From IMG/VR virus record IMGVR_UViG_2859827302_000001: a stretch of 47,387 bases of DNA. The stretch is one strand, 5' to 3'. The DNA is from a virus (taxonomy: Duplodnaviria; Heunggongvirae; Uroviricota; Caudoviricetes). Below are positions 32,453 to 44,263 of this stretch, one piece after another. The position numbers were made by a program, and so were the translations under genes. Positions within the stretch are counted from its first letter, which is position 1, and each line of letters starts with the position of its first letter. Below the pieces are notes generated by a model. The model was not told the DNA's origin, did not search any database, and saw nothing but the letters and a program-made list of their open reading frames with translations.

Positions 32453-33196
32453 ATGACACAGACTGAATCAGCGATTCTGGCGCATGCCCGGCGGTGTGCG
32501 CCTGCGGAGTCGTGCGGCTTCGTGATAAGCACGCCGGAGGGGGAGTGGTATATCCCTTGTGTGAATATTTCTGCAGAGCCGGAGGCGTATTTTCGTATCG
32601 CACCGGAAGACTGGCTGCGGGCAGAGATGCAGGGGGATATTGTGGCACTGGTCCACAGTCATCCCGGTGGGCTGCCCTGGCTGAGCGAGGCTGACCGGCG
32701 GCTGCAGATAAAAAGCGCACTGCCCTGGTGGCTGGTCTGCCGGGGGGAAATTCATAAATTCCGCTGTGTGCCACATCTGACAGGACGGCGCTTTGAGCAC
32801 GGGGTGACGGACTGTTACACGCTGTTCCGGGATGCATACCATCTGGCGGGAATTGATATGCCGGATTTTCATCGCGAGGATGACTGGTGGCGCAACGGCC
32901 AGAACCTGTACCTGGACAATATGGCGGTCACCGGCTTTTACCGGGTGCCCCTGTCCTCTGCACAGCCGGGCGATATTCTGCTGTGCTGCTTTGGTGCTTC
33001 GGTACCGAACCATGCCACCATTTACTGCGGCAACGGTGAGCTGCTTCACCATCTGCCTGAACAACTGAGTAAACGGGAGAGGTATTCCGAAAAATGGCAA
33101 CGACGAACGCATTCTGTCTGGCGTCACCGCCACTGGCACGCATCTGCCTTCACGGGGATTTACAACGATTTGGCCGCCGCCTCAGCCTGTATGTGA
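32453..33196 (+). CDS. K: tail tip assembly protein gpK (JAB/MPN + NlpC/P60-like)
   Basis: MTQTESAILAHARRCAPAESCGF...HSHPGG; ORF-track 32192 start is an upstream extension. Confidence 0.8.
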   Translation: MTQTESAILAHARRCAPAESCGFVISTPEGEWYIPCVNISAEPEAYFRIAPEDWLRAEMQGDIVALVHSHPGGLPWLSEADRRLQIKSALPWWLVCRGEIHKFRCVPHLTGRRFEHGVTDCYTLFRDAYHLAGIDMPDFHREDDWWRNGQNLYLDNMAVTGFYRVPLSSAQPGDILLCCFGASVPNHATIYCGNGELLHHLPEQLSKRERYSEKWQRRTHSVWRHRHWHASAFTGIYNDLAAASACM

Positions 33197-33774
33197 ACAC
33201 GGCAGCGGAAGCCATCCGGGCGCTGTCGTTACAGGTGCCGGGCTTTCGCCGTCAGATGAACGAAGGCTGGTACCAGATACGTATTGCCGGTTATGACACG
33301 GCACCGGAGGCGGTGTACGCCCGTCTTCACGAACAGCTGGGTGAGGGAACGGTCATCCATATTGTGCCGCGACTGGCCGGGGCCGGAAAGGGTGGACTGC
33401 AGATTGTGTTGGGGGCGGCAGCCATCGTGGGCTCTTTCTTCACTGCCGGGGCATCAATGGCGTTATGGGGTTCAGCCCTGGCAGCCGGTGGTTTTTCTGC
33501 CACCACGATGCTGTTTTCACTTGGAGCCAGCATGATTCTGGGCGGTGTGGCCCAGATGCTGGCCCCGAAGGCAAAAACACCGGATTACCGCGCAACGGAT
33601 AACGGCAGACAGAACACGTACTTTTCCTCGCTGGATAACATGATTGCCCAGGGGAACCCGATGCCGGTGCCTTACGGGGAAATGCTGGTTGGCTCCCGCC
33701 GTATATCCCAGGACATCAGCACCCGTGATGAAGGCGGGGGCGGAACGGTCGTGGTTATCGGGCGACAGGGATAA
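33094..33774 (+). CDS. I: tail tip assembly protein gpI
   Basis: MATTNAFCLASPPLARICLHGDLQRFG... lambda I-like. Confidence 0.75.
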   Translation: MATTNAFCLASPPLARICLHGDLQRFGRRLSLYVNTAAEAIRALSLQVPGFRRQMNEGWYQIRIAGYDTAPEAVYARLHEQLGEGTVIHIVPRLAGAGKGGLQIVLGAAAIVGSFFTAGASMALWGSALAAGGFSATTMLFSLGASMILGGVAQMLAPKAKTPDYRATDNGRQNTYFSSLDNMIAQGNPMPVPYGEMLVGSRRISQDISTRDEGGGGTVVVIGRQG

Positions 33775-33775
33775 A

Positions 33776-33812
33776 ACATAAAAAAATCCCGCAGTGATCG
33801 CGGAGCTGCGGG
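33776..33812 (-). terminator. terminator-like hairpin (minus-strand sense) at left edge of I-J spacer
   Basis: CCCGCAG-11nt-CTGCGGG with A-run on plus strand. Confidence 0.4.
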
Positions 33813-33986
33813 GACAGACAAATGAAGATCAATGTTAAGGAGTTGTTTTTGTTACTCGGGCAAAAAAACACTAACGCAGCGAAATTATAAGCGCCACAGT
33901 CAGTGTGTGAAAATGTGAAGATATTCAGAATTTTTATGCCATTACCGGTTTTAACCAACAGGATTATCGGTGGGCATGAAAGAAAA

Positions 33987-34019
33987 CCCCGGTATCTGCT
34001 GATACCGGGGTTTCTCTTT
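33987..34019 (+). terminator. strong rho-independent terminator in I-J spacer
   Basis: Perfect 10-bp stem CCCCGGTATC-TGCT-GATACCGGGG then TTTCTCTTT. Confidence 0.55.
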
Positions 34020-34116
34020 AGCATGGCAGAAATGTGTTTCATGCTTTTCGGGCGAAGGATATCCGACTTCTGTACGGAATGGCAAGTGGCGGTTAATTTA
34101 TTCAGGGGAAGGCTGT

Positions 34117-37100
34117 ATGGGAAAAGGTGGCGGTAAGGCACACACTCCTCGTGAGGCGAAGGATAATCTCAAATCCACGCAGATGATGAGTGTGATTGAT
34201 GCGATAGGTGAGGGACCGATAGAAGGTCCGGTGAAGGGACTGCAGAGTATTCTGGTGAACAAAACCCCACTGACGGACACGGACGGCAATCCCGTGATAC
34301 ACGGTGTGACGGCGGTCTGGCGCGCCGGGGAGCAGGAGCAGACACCACCGGAAGGCTTTGAGTCCTCCGGCTCTGAAACCGGACTGGGCGTGGAAGTGAC
34401 GAAGGCAAAACCGGTGACGCGCACCATTACGTCCGCGAACATTGACCGCCTGCGGGTTACCTTCGGGGTGTAGTCACTGGTGCAGACCACGTCAAAGGGC
34501 GACCGTAATCCTTCCTCTGTCCGGATTCTGATTCAGTTACAGCGTAATGGCCGCTGGGTGACGGAAAAGGACGTCACCATTAACGGCAAGACCACCTCAC
34601 AGTTCCTGGCCTCGGTGATTCTGGATAATCTGCCTCCCCGGCCCTTTAACATCCGGATGGTCAGGGAGACGGCGGACAGCACCACGGACCAGCTGCAGAA
34701 TAAGACGCTGTGGTCGTCATACACCGAAATCATCGATGTGAAACAGTGCTACCCGAACACGGCCATTGTGGGGCTGCAGGTGGATGCGGAGCAGTTCGGC
34801 GGCCAGCAGATGACGGTGAACTACCATATCCGCGGTCGCATCATCCAGGTGCCGTCAAACTATGACCCGGAAAAACGCACGTACAGTGGTATCTGGGACG
34901 GCAGTCTGAAACCGGCATACAGCAACAACCCGGCCTGGTGCCTGTGGGACATGCTGACTCACCCGCGCTACGGCATGGGAAAACGTCTGGGGGCGGCGGA
35001 TGTGGACAAGTGGGCGCAGTATGCCATCGGGCAGTACTGCGACCAGACGGTCCCGGATGGTTTCGGGGGGACCGAGCCGCGGATGACCTTTAATGCGTAC
35101 CTGGCACAACAGCGTAAGGCGTGGGACGTTCTCAGTGATTTCTGCTCTGCGATGCGCTGTATGCCGGTATGGAACGGTCAGACGCTGACGTTCGTTCAGG
35201 ACCGCCCGTCGGATGTGGTGTGGCCGTACACCAACAGCGATGTGGTGGTGGATGATAACGGCGTGGGATTCCGCTACAGCTTCAGTGCCCTGAAGGACCG
35301 GCACACGGCGGTGGAGGTGAATTACACCGACCCGCAGAACGGCTGGCAGACCTCCACGGAACTGGTGGAAGACCCGGAAGCCATACTGCGCTACGGACGC
35401 AACCTGCTGAAGATGGATGCGTTTGGCTGTACCTGCCGCGGTCAGGCTCACCGTGCAGGTCTGTGGGTGATAAAGACCGGACTGCTGGAAACGCAGACGG
35501 TGGACTTCACGCTCGGGTCACAGGGGCTGCGTCACACACCGGGTGACATTATTGAAATCTGTGATAACGACTATGCCGGGACTATGACCGGCGGACGTGT
35601 CCTGTCCATTGATGCTGCCACCCGCACCCTGACGCTGGACCGTGAGGTTACCCTGCCGGAGACAGGTACATCGGCGGTGAACCTGATTAACGGCAGCGGT
35701 AAGCCGGTGAGTGTGGACATCACCGCACACCCCGCGCCGGACCGGATACAGGTCAGTACCCTGCCTGATGGTGTGGAGACATACGGGGTGTGGGGACTCT
35801 CCCTGCCGTCACTGCGCCGTCGCCTGTTCCGCTGTGTCTCCGTCCGGGAAAACACGGACGGCACCTTTGCCATCACGGCGGTGCAGCACGTACCGGAAAA
35901 AGAAGCCATCGTGGATAACGGTGCCCGCTTTGAGCCGCAGTCAGGCTCCCTGAACAGCGTCATCCCACCGGCAGTGCAGCACCTGACGGTGGAGGTGAGC
36001 GCAGCTGACGGCCAGTATCTGGCACAGGCGAAATGGGACACGCCGCGGGTGGTGAAGGGGGTGCGCTTCAGTCTGCGACTGACCAGCGGAAGCGGAGAAG
36101 ACAGCCGTCTGGTGACCACCGCTATCACTGCGGATACAGAGCATCGTTTCAGTGGCCTGCCGCTCGGGGAATACACCCTGACGGTGCGGGCGATAAACAG
36201 CTATGGCCAGCAGGGTGAACCTGCCACCACCACCTTCCGGATTGCCGCACCGGCAGCACCGTCGCGGATTGAGCTGACGCCGGGCTATTTTCAGATAACC
36301 GCCACGCCGCATCTTGCCGTTTATTACCCGACGGTACAGTTTGAGTTCTGGTTCTCGGAAAAGCGGATTGCGGATATCAGGCAGGTTGAAACCGCAGCCC
36401 GCTATCTTGGCTCGGCGCTGTACTGGATAGCTGCCAGTATCAATATCAAACCGGGCCATGATTATTATTTTTATATCCGCAGTGTGAATACTGTTGGCAA
36501 ATCGGCATTCGTGGAGGCTGTCGGTCGGGCGAGCGATGATGCGGAAGGTTACCTGGATTTCTTCAAAGGAGAAATCGGGAAAACACATCTGGCCCAGGAG
36601 CTGTGGACGCAGATTGATAACGGTCAGCTTGCGCCGGACCTGGCTGAAATCAGGACGTCCATTACGAATGTCAGCAATGAAATCACGCAGACCGTCAATA
36701 AAAAACTGGAAAATCAGAGTGCGGCAATCCAGCAGATACAGAAAGTTCAGGTTGATACAAATAATAACCTGAACAGCATGTGGGCCGTGAAACTGCAGCA
36801 GATGCAGGACGGACGCCTTTATATTGCGGGTATCGATGCCGGTATTGAGAATACGCCAGCAGGAATGCAGAGTCAGGTGCTGCTGGCGGCAGATAGGATT
36901 GCGATGATTAATCCTGCGAATGGCAACACAAAGCCGATGTTTGTTGGTCAGGGCGATCAGATATTTATGAATGAAGTGTTCCTGAAATATCTGACGGCTC
37001 CCACCATTACCAGCGGCGGTAATCCTCCGGCATTTTCCCTGACACCGGACGGGCGGCTGACGGCGAAAAATGCCGATATCAGCGGTAACGTGAATGCGAA

Positions 37101-37590
37101 CTCCGGGACGCTCAACAACGTCACGATTAACGAGAACTGTCGGGTTCTGGGAAAATTGTCCGCGAACCAGATTGAAGGCGATCTCGTTAAAACAGTGGGC
37201 AAAGCTTTCCCCCGGGACTCCCGTGCACCGGAGCGGTGGCCATCAGGAACCATTACCGTCAGGGTTTATGACGATCAGCCGTTTGACCGGCAGATTGTTA
37301 TTCCGGCGGTGGCATTCAGCGGCGCTAAACATGAGAAAGAGCATACTGATATTTACTCCTCATGCCGTCTGATAGTGCGGAAAAACGGTGCTGAAATTTA
37401 TAACCGTACCGCGCTGGATAATACGCTGATTTACAGTGGTGTTATTGATATGCCTGCCGGTCACGGTCACATGACACTGGAGTTTTCGGTGTCAGCATGG
37501 CTGGTAAATAACTGGTATCCCACAGCAAGTATCAGCGATTTGCTGGTTGTGGTGATGAAGAAAGCCACTGCAGGCATCACGATTAGCTGA
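34117..37590 (+). pseudogene. J: tail tip/host specificity protein gpJ with in-frame amber codon at 34471..34473
   Basis: ORFs 34117..34473 and 34480..37590 share one frame; TAG sits where lambda J has Gln ([22 protein letters not shown]). Confidence 0.85.
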
Positions 37591-37609
37591 ATTTTATAAC
37601 CCAGATACG

Positions 37610-37634
37610 GGCGCCAGAAATGGCGCCTTTTTTA
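37610..37634 (+). terminator. rho-independent terminator after J
   Basis: GGCGCCA-GAAA-TGGCGCC then TTTTTTATT. Confidence 0.6.
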
Positions 37635-37657
37635 TTGCAGAAAAGCGAGAGGTAATT

Positions 37658-38257
37658 ATGCGTAAATTATGTGCTGTTATTTTGTCCGCAGTAGTCTGGC
37701 AGGTCGCCGCTGCTACGCCAGCGAGTGCAGCAGAACATCAGTCCACGCTGAGCGCGGGGTATCTCCATGCCTCGACGAACGTTCCCGGTAGTGATGATCT
37801 GAACGGGATTAACGTGAAATACCGTTATGAGTTTACGGACGCGCTGGGGCTGATTACGTCCTTCAGTTATGCCAATGCTGAGGATGAGCAAAAAACGCGC
37901 TACAGCGATACCCGCTGGCATGAAGATTCCGTGCGTAACCGCTGGTTCAGTGTGATGGCGGGGCCGTCTGTACGCGTGAATGAATGGTTCAGCGCGTATG
38001 CGATGGCGGGTGTGGCTTACAGCCGTGTGTCGACTTTCTCCGGGGATTATCTCCGCGTAACTGACAACAAGGGGAAAACGCACGACGTGCTGACCGGAAG
38101 TGATGACGGTCGCCACAGCAATACCTCTCTGGCGTGGGGGGCTGGCGTGCAGTTTAACCCGACCGAATCCGTGGCCGTTGACCTTGCTTATGAAGGTTCC
38201 GGTAGTGGCGACTGGCGAACGGATGCATTTATTGTTGGTATCGGATACCGTTTCTGA
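37658..38257 (+). CDS. lom: Lom/Ail-family outer membrane beta-barrel protein
   Basis: Signal peptide; C-terminal AYEGSGSGDWRTDAFIVGIGYRF as in lambda Lom. Confidence 0.85.
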   Translation: MRKLCAVILSAVVWQVAAATPASAAEHQSTLSAGYLHASTNVPGSDDLNGINVKYRYEFTDALGLITSFSYANAEDEQKTRYSDTRWHEDSVRNRWFSVMAGPSVRVNEWFSAYAMAGVAYSRVSTFSGDYLRVTDNKGKTHDVLTGSDDGRHSNTSLAWGAGVQFNPTESVAVDLAYEGSGSGDWRTDAFIVGIGYRF

Positions 38258-38362
38258 CAACAGACGCCGATTTATCTTCTGTAAATATTGTTATGATACG
38301 CAGGTTCATCCACCTTATGGGGTGAACTGCGTTTGAGGAAACGTAAAGTTACACTGTCCTGA

Positions 38363-38394
38363 AGCCCGTGGCGTCACTGCTGCGGGCTTTTTTT
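38363..38394 (+). terminator. terminator-like hairpin after lom
   Basis: AGCCCG...CGGGCT then TTTTTTT. Confidence 0.4.
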
Positions 38395-38749
38395 ATTGGT
38401 GGAAAGTATGACAGTAAAAATTTCTGGCGTGCTTAAAGATGGCACAGGAAAACCAGTACAGAACTGCACCATTGTGCTGAAGGCCAGACGAACCAGCAGC
38501 ACGGTGGTGGTGAACACGGTGGCCTCTGAAAATCCGGATGAAGCCGGACGTTACAGCATGGATGTTGAGCATGGTCAGTACAGCGTCACCCTGCTGGTTG
38601 AAGGTTTTCCGCCTTCACATGCCGGGACCATTACCGTCTATGAAGGTTCCAGACCAGGTACGCTAAATGATTTTCTCGGTGCCATGACGGAGGATGATGT
38701 CCGACCGGAGGCACTGCGCCGCTTTGAGCAGATGGTGGAAGAGGTGTCA

Positions 38750-39820
38750 CGTAACGCCTCCGCGGTTGCACAGAATACGGCAGCCGCGAAAAAATCAGCC
38801 AGCGATGCCAGTGCATCAGCCAGCGAGGCGGCAACTCATGCAACCGATGCTGCAGCCTCAGCACGTGCCGCAAGCACGTCAGCCGGACAGGCCGCGTCGT
38901 CGGCTCAGTCAGCGTCTTCCAGCGCAGGAACGGCATCGACAAAGGCCCGTGAAGCAGCAAAAAGTGCTGCTGCTGCAGAGTCATCAAAAAGCGCGGCAGC
39001 TACCAGCGCCAGTGCCGCGAAAACGTCAGAAACGAATGCCGCAGCATCACAAAAATCGGCAGCCACTTCTGCATCCACAGCGACCACGAAGGCGTCAGAA
39101 GCTGCCACCTCGGCACGGGGTGCGGCGGCTTCAAAAGAGGCAGCGAAATCTTCAGAAACGAATGCATCATCAAGTGCCAGTAGTGCAGCTTCCTCGGCAA
39201 CGGTGGCAGGAAATTCCGCGAAGGCGGCAAAAACGTCCGAGACGAACGCTAAGTCTTCTGAAACAGCAGCGGGACAGAGCGCCTCAGCTGCGGCAGGCTC
39301 AAAAACAGCGGCTGCGTCGTCTGCCAGTGCCGCGTCAACAAGTGCCGGGCAGGCCTCAGCCAGTGCTAGCGCCGCCGGAAAATCGGCAGAAAGCGCCGCA
39401 TCATCCGCTTCAACAGCCACAACGAAGGCTGGCAAAGCCACTGAGCAAGCCACTGCAGCAGCGAGGTCTGCTTCTGCAGCAAAAACCTCTGAAACAAATG
39501 CAAAGACTTCAGCAGACAATGCTGCTTCCTCTAAGGCGGCAGCCGCATCGTCAGCCAGTTCAGCGGCGTCATCGGCATCATCTGCGTCTGCTTCAAAAGA
39601 TGAGGCGACCAGACAAGCGTCAGCAGCGAAAGGTAGTGCCACGACAGCAACAATGAAAGCATCAGAGGCAGCTGGTAGTGCGACGGCGGCAGCTCAGAGC
39701 AAAAGTACGGCGGAATCCGCGGCAACGCGCGCCGAGACAGCAGCAAAACGGGCAGAGGATATTGCATCCGCCGTGGCGCTGGAGGATGCGAGCACGACGA
39801 AAAAGGGGATAGTACAGCTC
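38750..39820 (+). repeat. Ala/Ser-rich low-complexity repeat region inside stf (AAKTSETNA-type units)
   Basis: Recurring GCnAAAACnTCnGAAACnAATGC units; generates spurious ORFs on other frames. Confidence 0.6.
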
Positions 39821-40606
39821 AGCAGTGCGACCAACAGCACTTCCGAGTCACTGGCGGCAACGCCAAAAGCGGTTAAGGTGGTAATGGGTGAAACGAACAA
39901 GAAAGCGCCCTTAAATAGTCCTGCACTGACCGGAACGCCAACAACACCAACTGCGCGACAGGGAACGAATAATACCCAAATCGCAAGCACGGCTTTCGTT
40001 ATGGCTGCGATTGCCGCCCTTGTAGATTCGTCACCTGACGCACTGAATACGCTGAACGAGTTAGCGGCGGCGCTGGGAAACGACCCGAATTTTGCGACCA
40101 CCATGACTAACGCGCTTGCGGGTAAGCAACCGAAAGATGCCACCCTGACGGCGCTGGCCGGGCTTACTACTGCGGCAGACAAGTTTCCGTATTTTACGGG
40201 GAATGATGTCGCCAGCCTGGCAACCCTGACAAAAGTCGGGCGGGATATTCTTGCGAAATCGACTGTTGCTGCCGTTATCGAATACCTCGGTTTACGAGAA
40301 CTCGGCACAAGCGGGGAGAAAATACCGTTACTCAGTACAGCGAATACCTGGACTAATCGACAAACATTCAGCGGTGGCCTTTCTGGTGAACTATCCGGCA
40401 ATGCTTCTACAGCTGCAAAATTAAAAACTGCCAGGAAAATAAGCAATGTGGCTTTTGATGGTTCCTCCGATATCACATTAAAAGCAAGTCATGTTGGTGC
40501 GTTTGCCTTAGGGAAAACAGGAAGCACCGTTGCGAATGATAAAGCAGTTGGGGTAATGCTGCCAACTTACTGATTTAGTGTATGATGGTGATTTTAAGGT
40601 GCTTGC

Positions 40607-40882
40607 GTGGCTTCCATTTCCATCAGATGCCCTTCCTGCTCCGCTACTGAAGGCGTGGTGCGTAACGGCAAAAGCACTGCCGGACATCAGCGCTATCTCT
40701 GCTCTCATTGCCGTAAAACATGGCAACTACAGTTCACTTACACCGCCTCTCAGCCCGGTACGCACCAGAAAATCATTGATATGGCCATGAATGGCGTCGG
40801 ATGTCGTGCCAGTGCACGCATTATGGGCGTTGGCCTCAACACGGTTTTACGTCACTTAAAAAACTCAGGCCGCAGTCGGTAA
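40607..40882 (+). CDS. insA: IS1 InsA
   Basis: Identical to the InsA of the 12650 copy. Confidence 0.9.
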   Translation: MASISIRCPSCSATEGVVRNGKSTAGHQRYLCSHCRKTWQLQFTYTASQPGTHQKIIDMAMNGVGCRASARIMGVGLNTVLRHLKNSGRSR

Positions 40883-41304
40883 CCTCGCGCATACAACCGG
40901 GCAGTGATGTGATTGTCTGCGCTGAAATGGACGAACAGTGGGGCTACGTCGGTGCTAAATCACGTCAGCGCTGGCTGTTTTACGCGTATGACAGGATACG
41001 GAGGACGGTTGTGGCGCACGTCTTCGGTGAACGCACTCTGGCCACACTGGAGCGTCTTCTGAGCCTGCTGTCGGCCTTTGAGGTCGTGGTATGGATGACG
41101 GATGGCTGGCCGCTGTATGAATCACGCCTGAAGGGAAAGCTGCACGTTATCAGCAAGCGTTACACTCAGCGCATTGAGCGACATAATCTGAATCTGAGAC
41201 AACATCTGGCAAGGCTGGGACGGAAGTCACTGTCGTTCTCAAAATCGGTGGAGCTGCATGACAAGGTCATCGGGCATTATCTGAACATAAAACACTATCA
41301 GTAA
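40801..41304 (+). CDS. insB: IS1 InsB
   Basis: 167-aa ORF. Confidence 0.85.
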   Translation: MSCQCTHYGRWPQHGFTSLKKLRPQSVTSRIQPGSDVIVCAEMDEQWGYVGAKSRQRWLFYAYDRIRRTVVAHVFGERTLATLERLLSLLSAFEVVVWMTDGWPLYESRLKGKLHVISKRYTQRIERHNLNLRQHLARLGRKSLSFSKSVELHDKVIGHYLNIKHYQ

Positions 41305-41991
41305 GTTGGAGTCATTACCAGCAGTTGGATGGAACTGGAGTAGCGGAGCCTATAACGCAACTATTAGAGGTGCATCAACGTTAATTATTCATTTTTATAT
41401 GGGAGAAGGAAGTTGTCCTGCAGCTCAGTTTCGGATTAATTATAAAAATGGCGGTATTTTTTATCGTTCAGCCCGTGATGGTTATGGTTTTGAAGCCGAC
41501 TGGTCCGAATTTTACACCACCACCAGAAAACCTTCAGCAGGAGATGTTGGTGCACTGCCGTTATCTGGTGGTCAACTGAATGGTGCACTGGGTATCGGAA
41601 CAGCCAGTGCTCTTGGCGGTAATTCGATTGTATTGGGTGATAATGATACGGGCTTTAAACAAAATGGCGATGGTAATCTGGATGTTTATGCTAATAACGT
41701 CCATGTTATGCGCTTTGTCTCCGGAAGCATTCAAAGTAATAAAACCATAAATATTACGGGACGTGTTAATCCCTCGGATTACGGTAACTTTGATTCCCGC
41801 TATGTGAGAGATGTCAGACTTGGCACACGAGTTGTTCAGACCATGAAGAAAGGCGTGATGTATGAAAAATCAGGCCATGTAATCACGGGGCTTGGTATTA
41901 TCGGTGAAGTCGATGGTGATGATCCGGCAGTATTCAGACCAATACAAAAGTTAATTAACGGAACATGGTATAACGTATCGCAGGTATAATC

Positions 41992-42040
41992 ATGCAGCAT
42001 TTAAAAAACATTGTCGCAGGTAATCCAAAAACCGTTGAAC
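41992..42040 (+). pseudogene. tfa: tail fibre assembly protein Tfa, 5' fragment (16 codons) cut by IS fragment
   Basis: MQHLKNIVAGNPKTVE then IS end TGAGGTGTACTGGC. Confidence 0.5.
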
Positions 42041-42292
42041 TGAGGTGTACTGGCAATAGCGGACACTACCATTTGTTCTTTTTTAAGCAGCCATCTGATG
42101 ATATTTTTCCCTGAAGGCTGCCGGGGAGATATTCCCCAGACGAGAGTGACGACGCTGACGATTGTAGAAAATCTCAATGTATTCCCGTATTACTGAGATG
42201 GCTTCATCCCGGTTATTAAAACGATAGTGGCTCAGGCTCTCATTTTTCAGCGTTCCCCAGAAGCTTTCCATCGGAGCGTTGTCGTAACAGTT
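42041..42292 (-). mobile_element. IS3-family (IS600-like) right-end fragment, truncated by the IS66-family element
   Basis: Same sequence as 5894..6145; OrfB C-terminal 74 codons only. Confidence 0.7.
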
Positions 42293-42329
42293 GTAAGCGT
42301 GCAGCAAGAACCGTATTGACGGGGATGTG

Positions 42330-43867
42330 TTATTCAGTCGGCAGTGCTACGCGCCAGGGGAGCAGTTCGCCGACCCGGTTTATCGGCCAGTCGGCTATGA
42401 CGTCAAGGACATAGCGGAGGTAGCTTTCTGGCTCCACTCCGTTCAGTTTGCACGTCCCGATCAGGCTGTACAGCAGCGCTCCCCGCTCTCCTCCATGATC
42501 CGAACCGAAGAACAGGTAGTTTTTGCGGCCCAGACTGACCATCCGCAACGCATTTTCAGCGATGTTATTGTCCGCCTCAGCCCAGCCATCATCTGCATAG
42601 TACGTCAGCGCCGGCCACTGGTTCAGGGCGTATGCGAACGCTTTCGCCAGTTCTGAGTGTCGCGACAGGGTTTTCATCTTTTCACGCAGCCAGCTTTCCA
42701 GGGATTTCAGCAGCGGTTTCGTTTTCAACTGACGTTCGGCAAGGCGCTGCTCCGCCGTCATTCCCCTTATCTCTGCCTCGATGGCGTACAGTTCGCCGAT
42801 CCGTTTCAGCGCTTCCTCCGTCAGGGCTGACGGGGTGCGAACGTGCACATCGTGGATTTTACGGCGGGCGTGAGCCCAACAGGCGGCTTCCGTTATCCGG
42901 CCATCCCGGTACAGCTCGTTGAACCCGGCGTATGCATCCGCCTGCAGTACACCACTGAACCCCGCAAGATGGGTCTGCGGATGGATGCCTTTTCTGTCCG
43001 GGCTGTAAGCGAACCACACCGCCGGCGCCAGCGTTGACCCGGCGTTACGGTCGTCACGAACGTAGGTCCATAACCGCCCGGTCTTCGTTTTCTTATTGCC
43101 TGGCAACAGCACCGGGACAGGCGTGTCATCGCATGGAGCTTACCGTCAGTCAGCACATAATCCTGAAGCGCTTCTTCCAGCGGTGACAGTAGCCGGCAGC
43201 ATGCATCCACCCAGCCCGACAGCAGTGAACGACTCAGCTCCACGCCCTGGCGGCCGTACATTTCAGACTGGCGGTACAGCGGGGTGTGCTCTGCATACTT
43301 TGAGATCAGCACGCGGGCCAGCAGCCCCGGTCCTGCGATACCCCGCTCGATGGGCCGTGAAGGCGCGGGGGCCTGCACGATGGCATCGCACTGAGTACAG
43401 GCATGCTTTTCACGTACAGTCCGGATAACCCGGAAGACGCTGCGCATCAACTCCAGCTGTTCGGCGGCATCCTCACCCGGATAGCTCAGTGAGCCTCCAC
43501 ATTCCGGGCAGCATGACGCTGCCGGCAGCAGCCGTTTTTCATCGCGGGGGAGTGATTCGGGGAACGGTTTGCGGGTGCGGGTTTGACGCAGCGGGCGCTG
43601 CACGGCCGGGTCGTCAACCCGACCGGTAAGGGTATCACTTTCTTTCTGAAGTGCCTTCAGGTCAGCTTCCATCTGTGCGATACGACGGGAGACTTTTTCG
43701 GAGCGGCTGCCGAAGTTCATCCGGCGCAGCTTATCCAGCTGTGCCTGCAGATGGTCTATTTCGCGTTCACGCTCGTTCAGCTTTTCCAGCAGGGCACGGT
43801 TCAGCGCCTCCTGTTCGGCAAGGAGACGTTTCAGTGCATTGATATCGTCAGGAAGTGAGCTGCTCAT
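42330..43867 (-). pseudogene. IS66 family TnpC transposase, frameshifted (two overlapping ORFs)
   Basis: N-part 42893..43867 and C-part 42330..43112 are in different frames. Confidence 0.7.
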
Positions 43868-43915
43868 ACCGGGTATATTACCAGGCTCATTCAGCGTCGA
43901 CCAGGATAAAGAGGC

Positions 43916-44263
43916 TTACAACATAGTCAGGGACGTAAGCAGTCTTTTAGGCTGCCGCCAGTCGATACCTTCAAGGAGCATCGCCAGCTGTGCCGGTGTG
44001 AGGAACACTTTGCCATCCCGGGCTGACGGCCAGGCGAAGCGGCCGCGCTCCAGCCGTTTGGTCAGCAGACACAGTCCATCGCCGGTAGACCAGAGGAGCT
44101 TTACCTGACTGCCATTACGCCCACGGAAGATAAAAACGTGACCTGACATCGGAGCGTCTTTCAGCGTCGTCTGCACCTTTGCCGCCAGGCCGTTGAAGCC
44201 ATTTCTCATATCGGTGATACCGGCAACCAGCCAAATTTTGGTCCCGGAAGGTAACGGGATCAT
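43916..44263 (-). CDS. IS66 family TnpB (orf2)
   Basis: 115-aa ORF MIPLPSGTKIWLVAGITDMR... Confidence 0.75.
   Translation of the reverse strand: MIPLPSGTKIWLVAGITDMRNGFNGLAAKVQTTLKDAPMSGHVFIFRGRNGSQVKLLWSTGDGLCLLTKRLERGRFAWPSARDGKVFLTPAQLAMLLEGIDWRQPKRLLTSLTML

Larger units (their letters stand above)
40552..41319 (+). mobile_element. IS1 (768 bp) with 9-bp TSD AGCAGTTGG
   Basis: Duplication at 40543..40551 and 41320..41328. Confidence 0.9.
38408..41989 (+). pseudogene. stf: side tail fibre Stf split by IS1 (38408..40551 + 41329..41989)
   Basis: N-terminus MTVKISGVLKDGTGKPVQNCTI... lambda Stf-like; frame continuous across IS1 plus TSD. Confidence 0.8.

Noticed and set aside
32192-33196. 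334-aa ORF as the gpK gene
   Set aside because: The first 87 codons overlap the end of L in another frame and do not resemble K; true K start is the ATG at 32453.
33755-34141. 128-aa minus-strand ORF and 77-aa plus-strand ORF covering the I-J spacer
   Set aside because: Both run straight through two terminator hairpins, have no ribosome-binding site and give low-complexity products; the spacer is treated as non-coding.
34855-36588. Three overlapping minus-strand ORFs (198, 201 and 215 aa) inside J
   Set aside because: Antisense to J, GC-rich region artefacts.
38694-39656. 320-aa plus-strand ORF (and 245-aa minus-strand ORF 38905..39642) over the stf region
   Set aside because: Alternative-frame and antisense readings of the Ala/Ser-rich repeat DNA inside stf; Pro/Arg/Gln-rich products typical of repeat artefacts.
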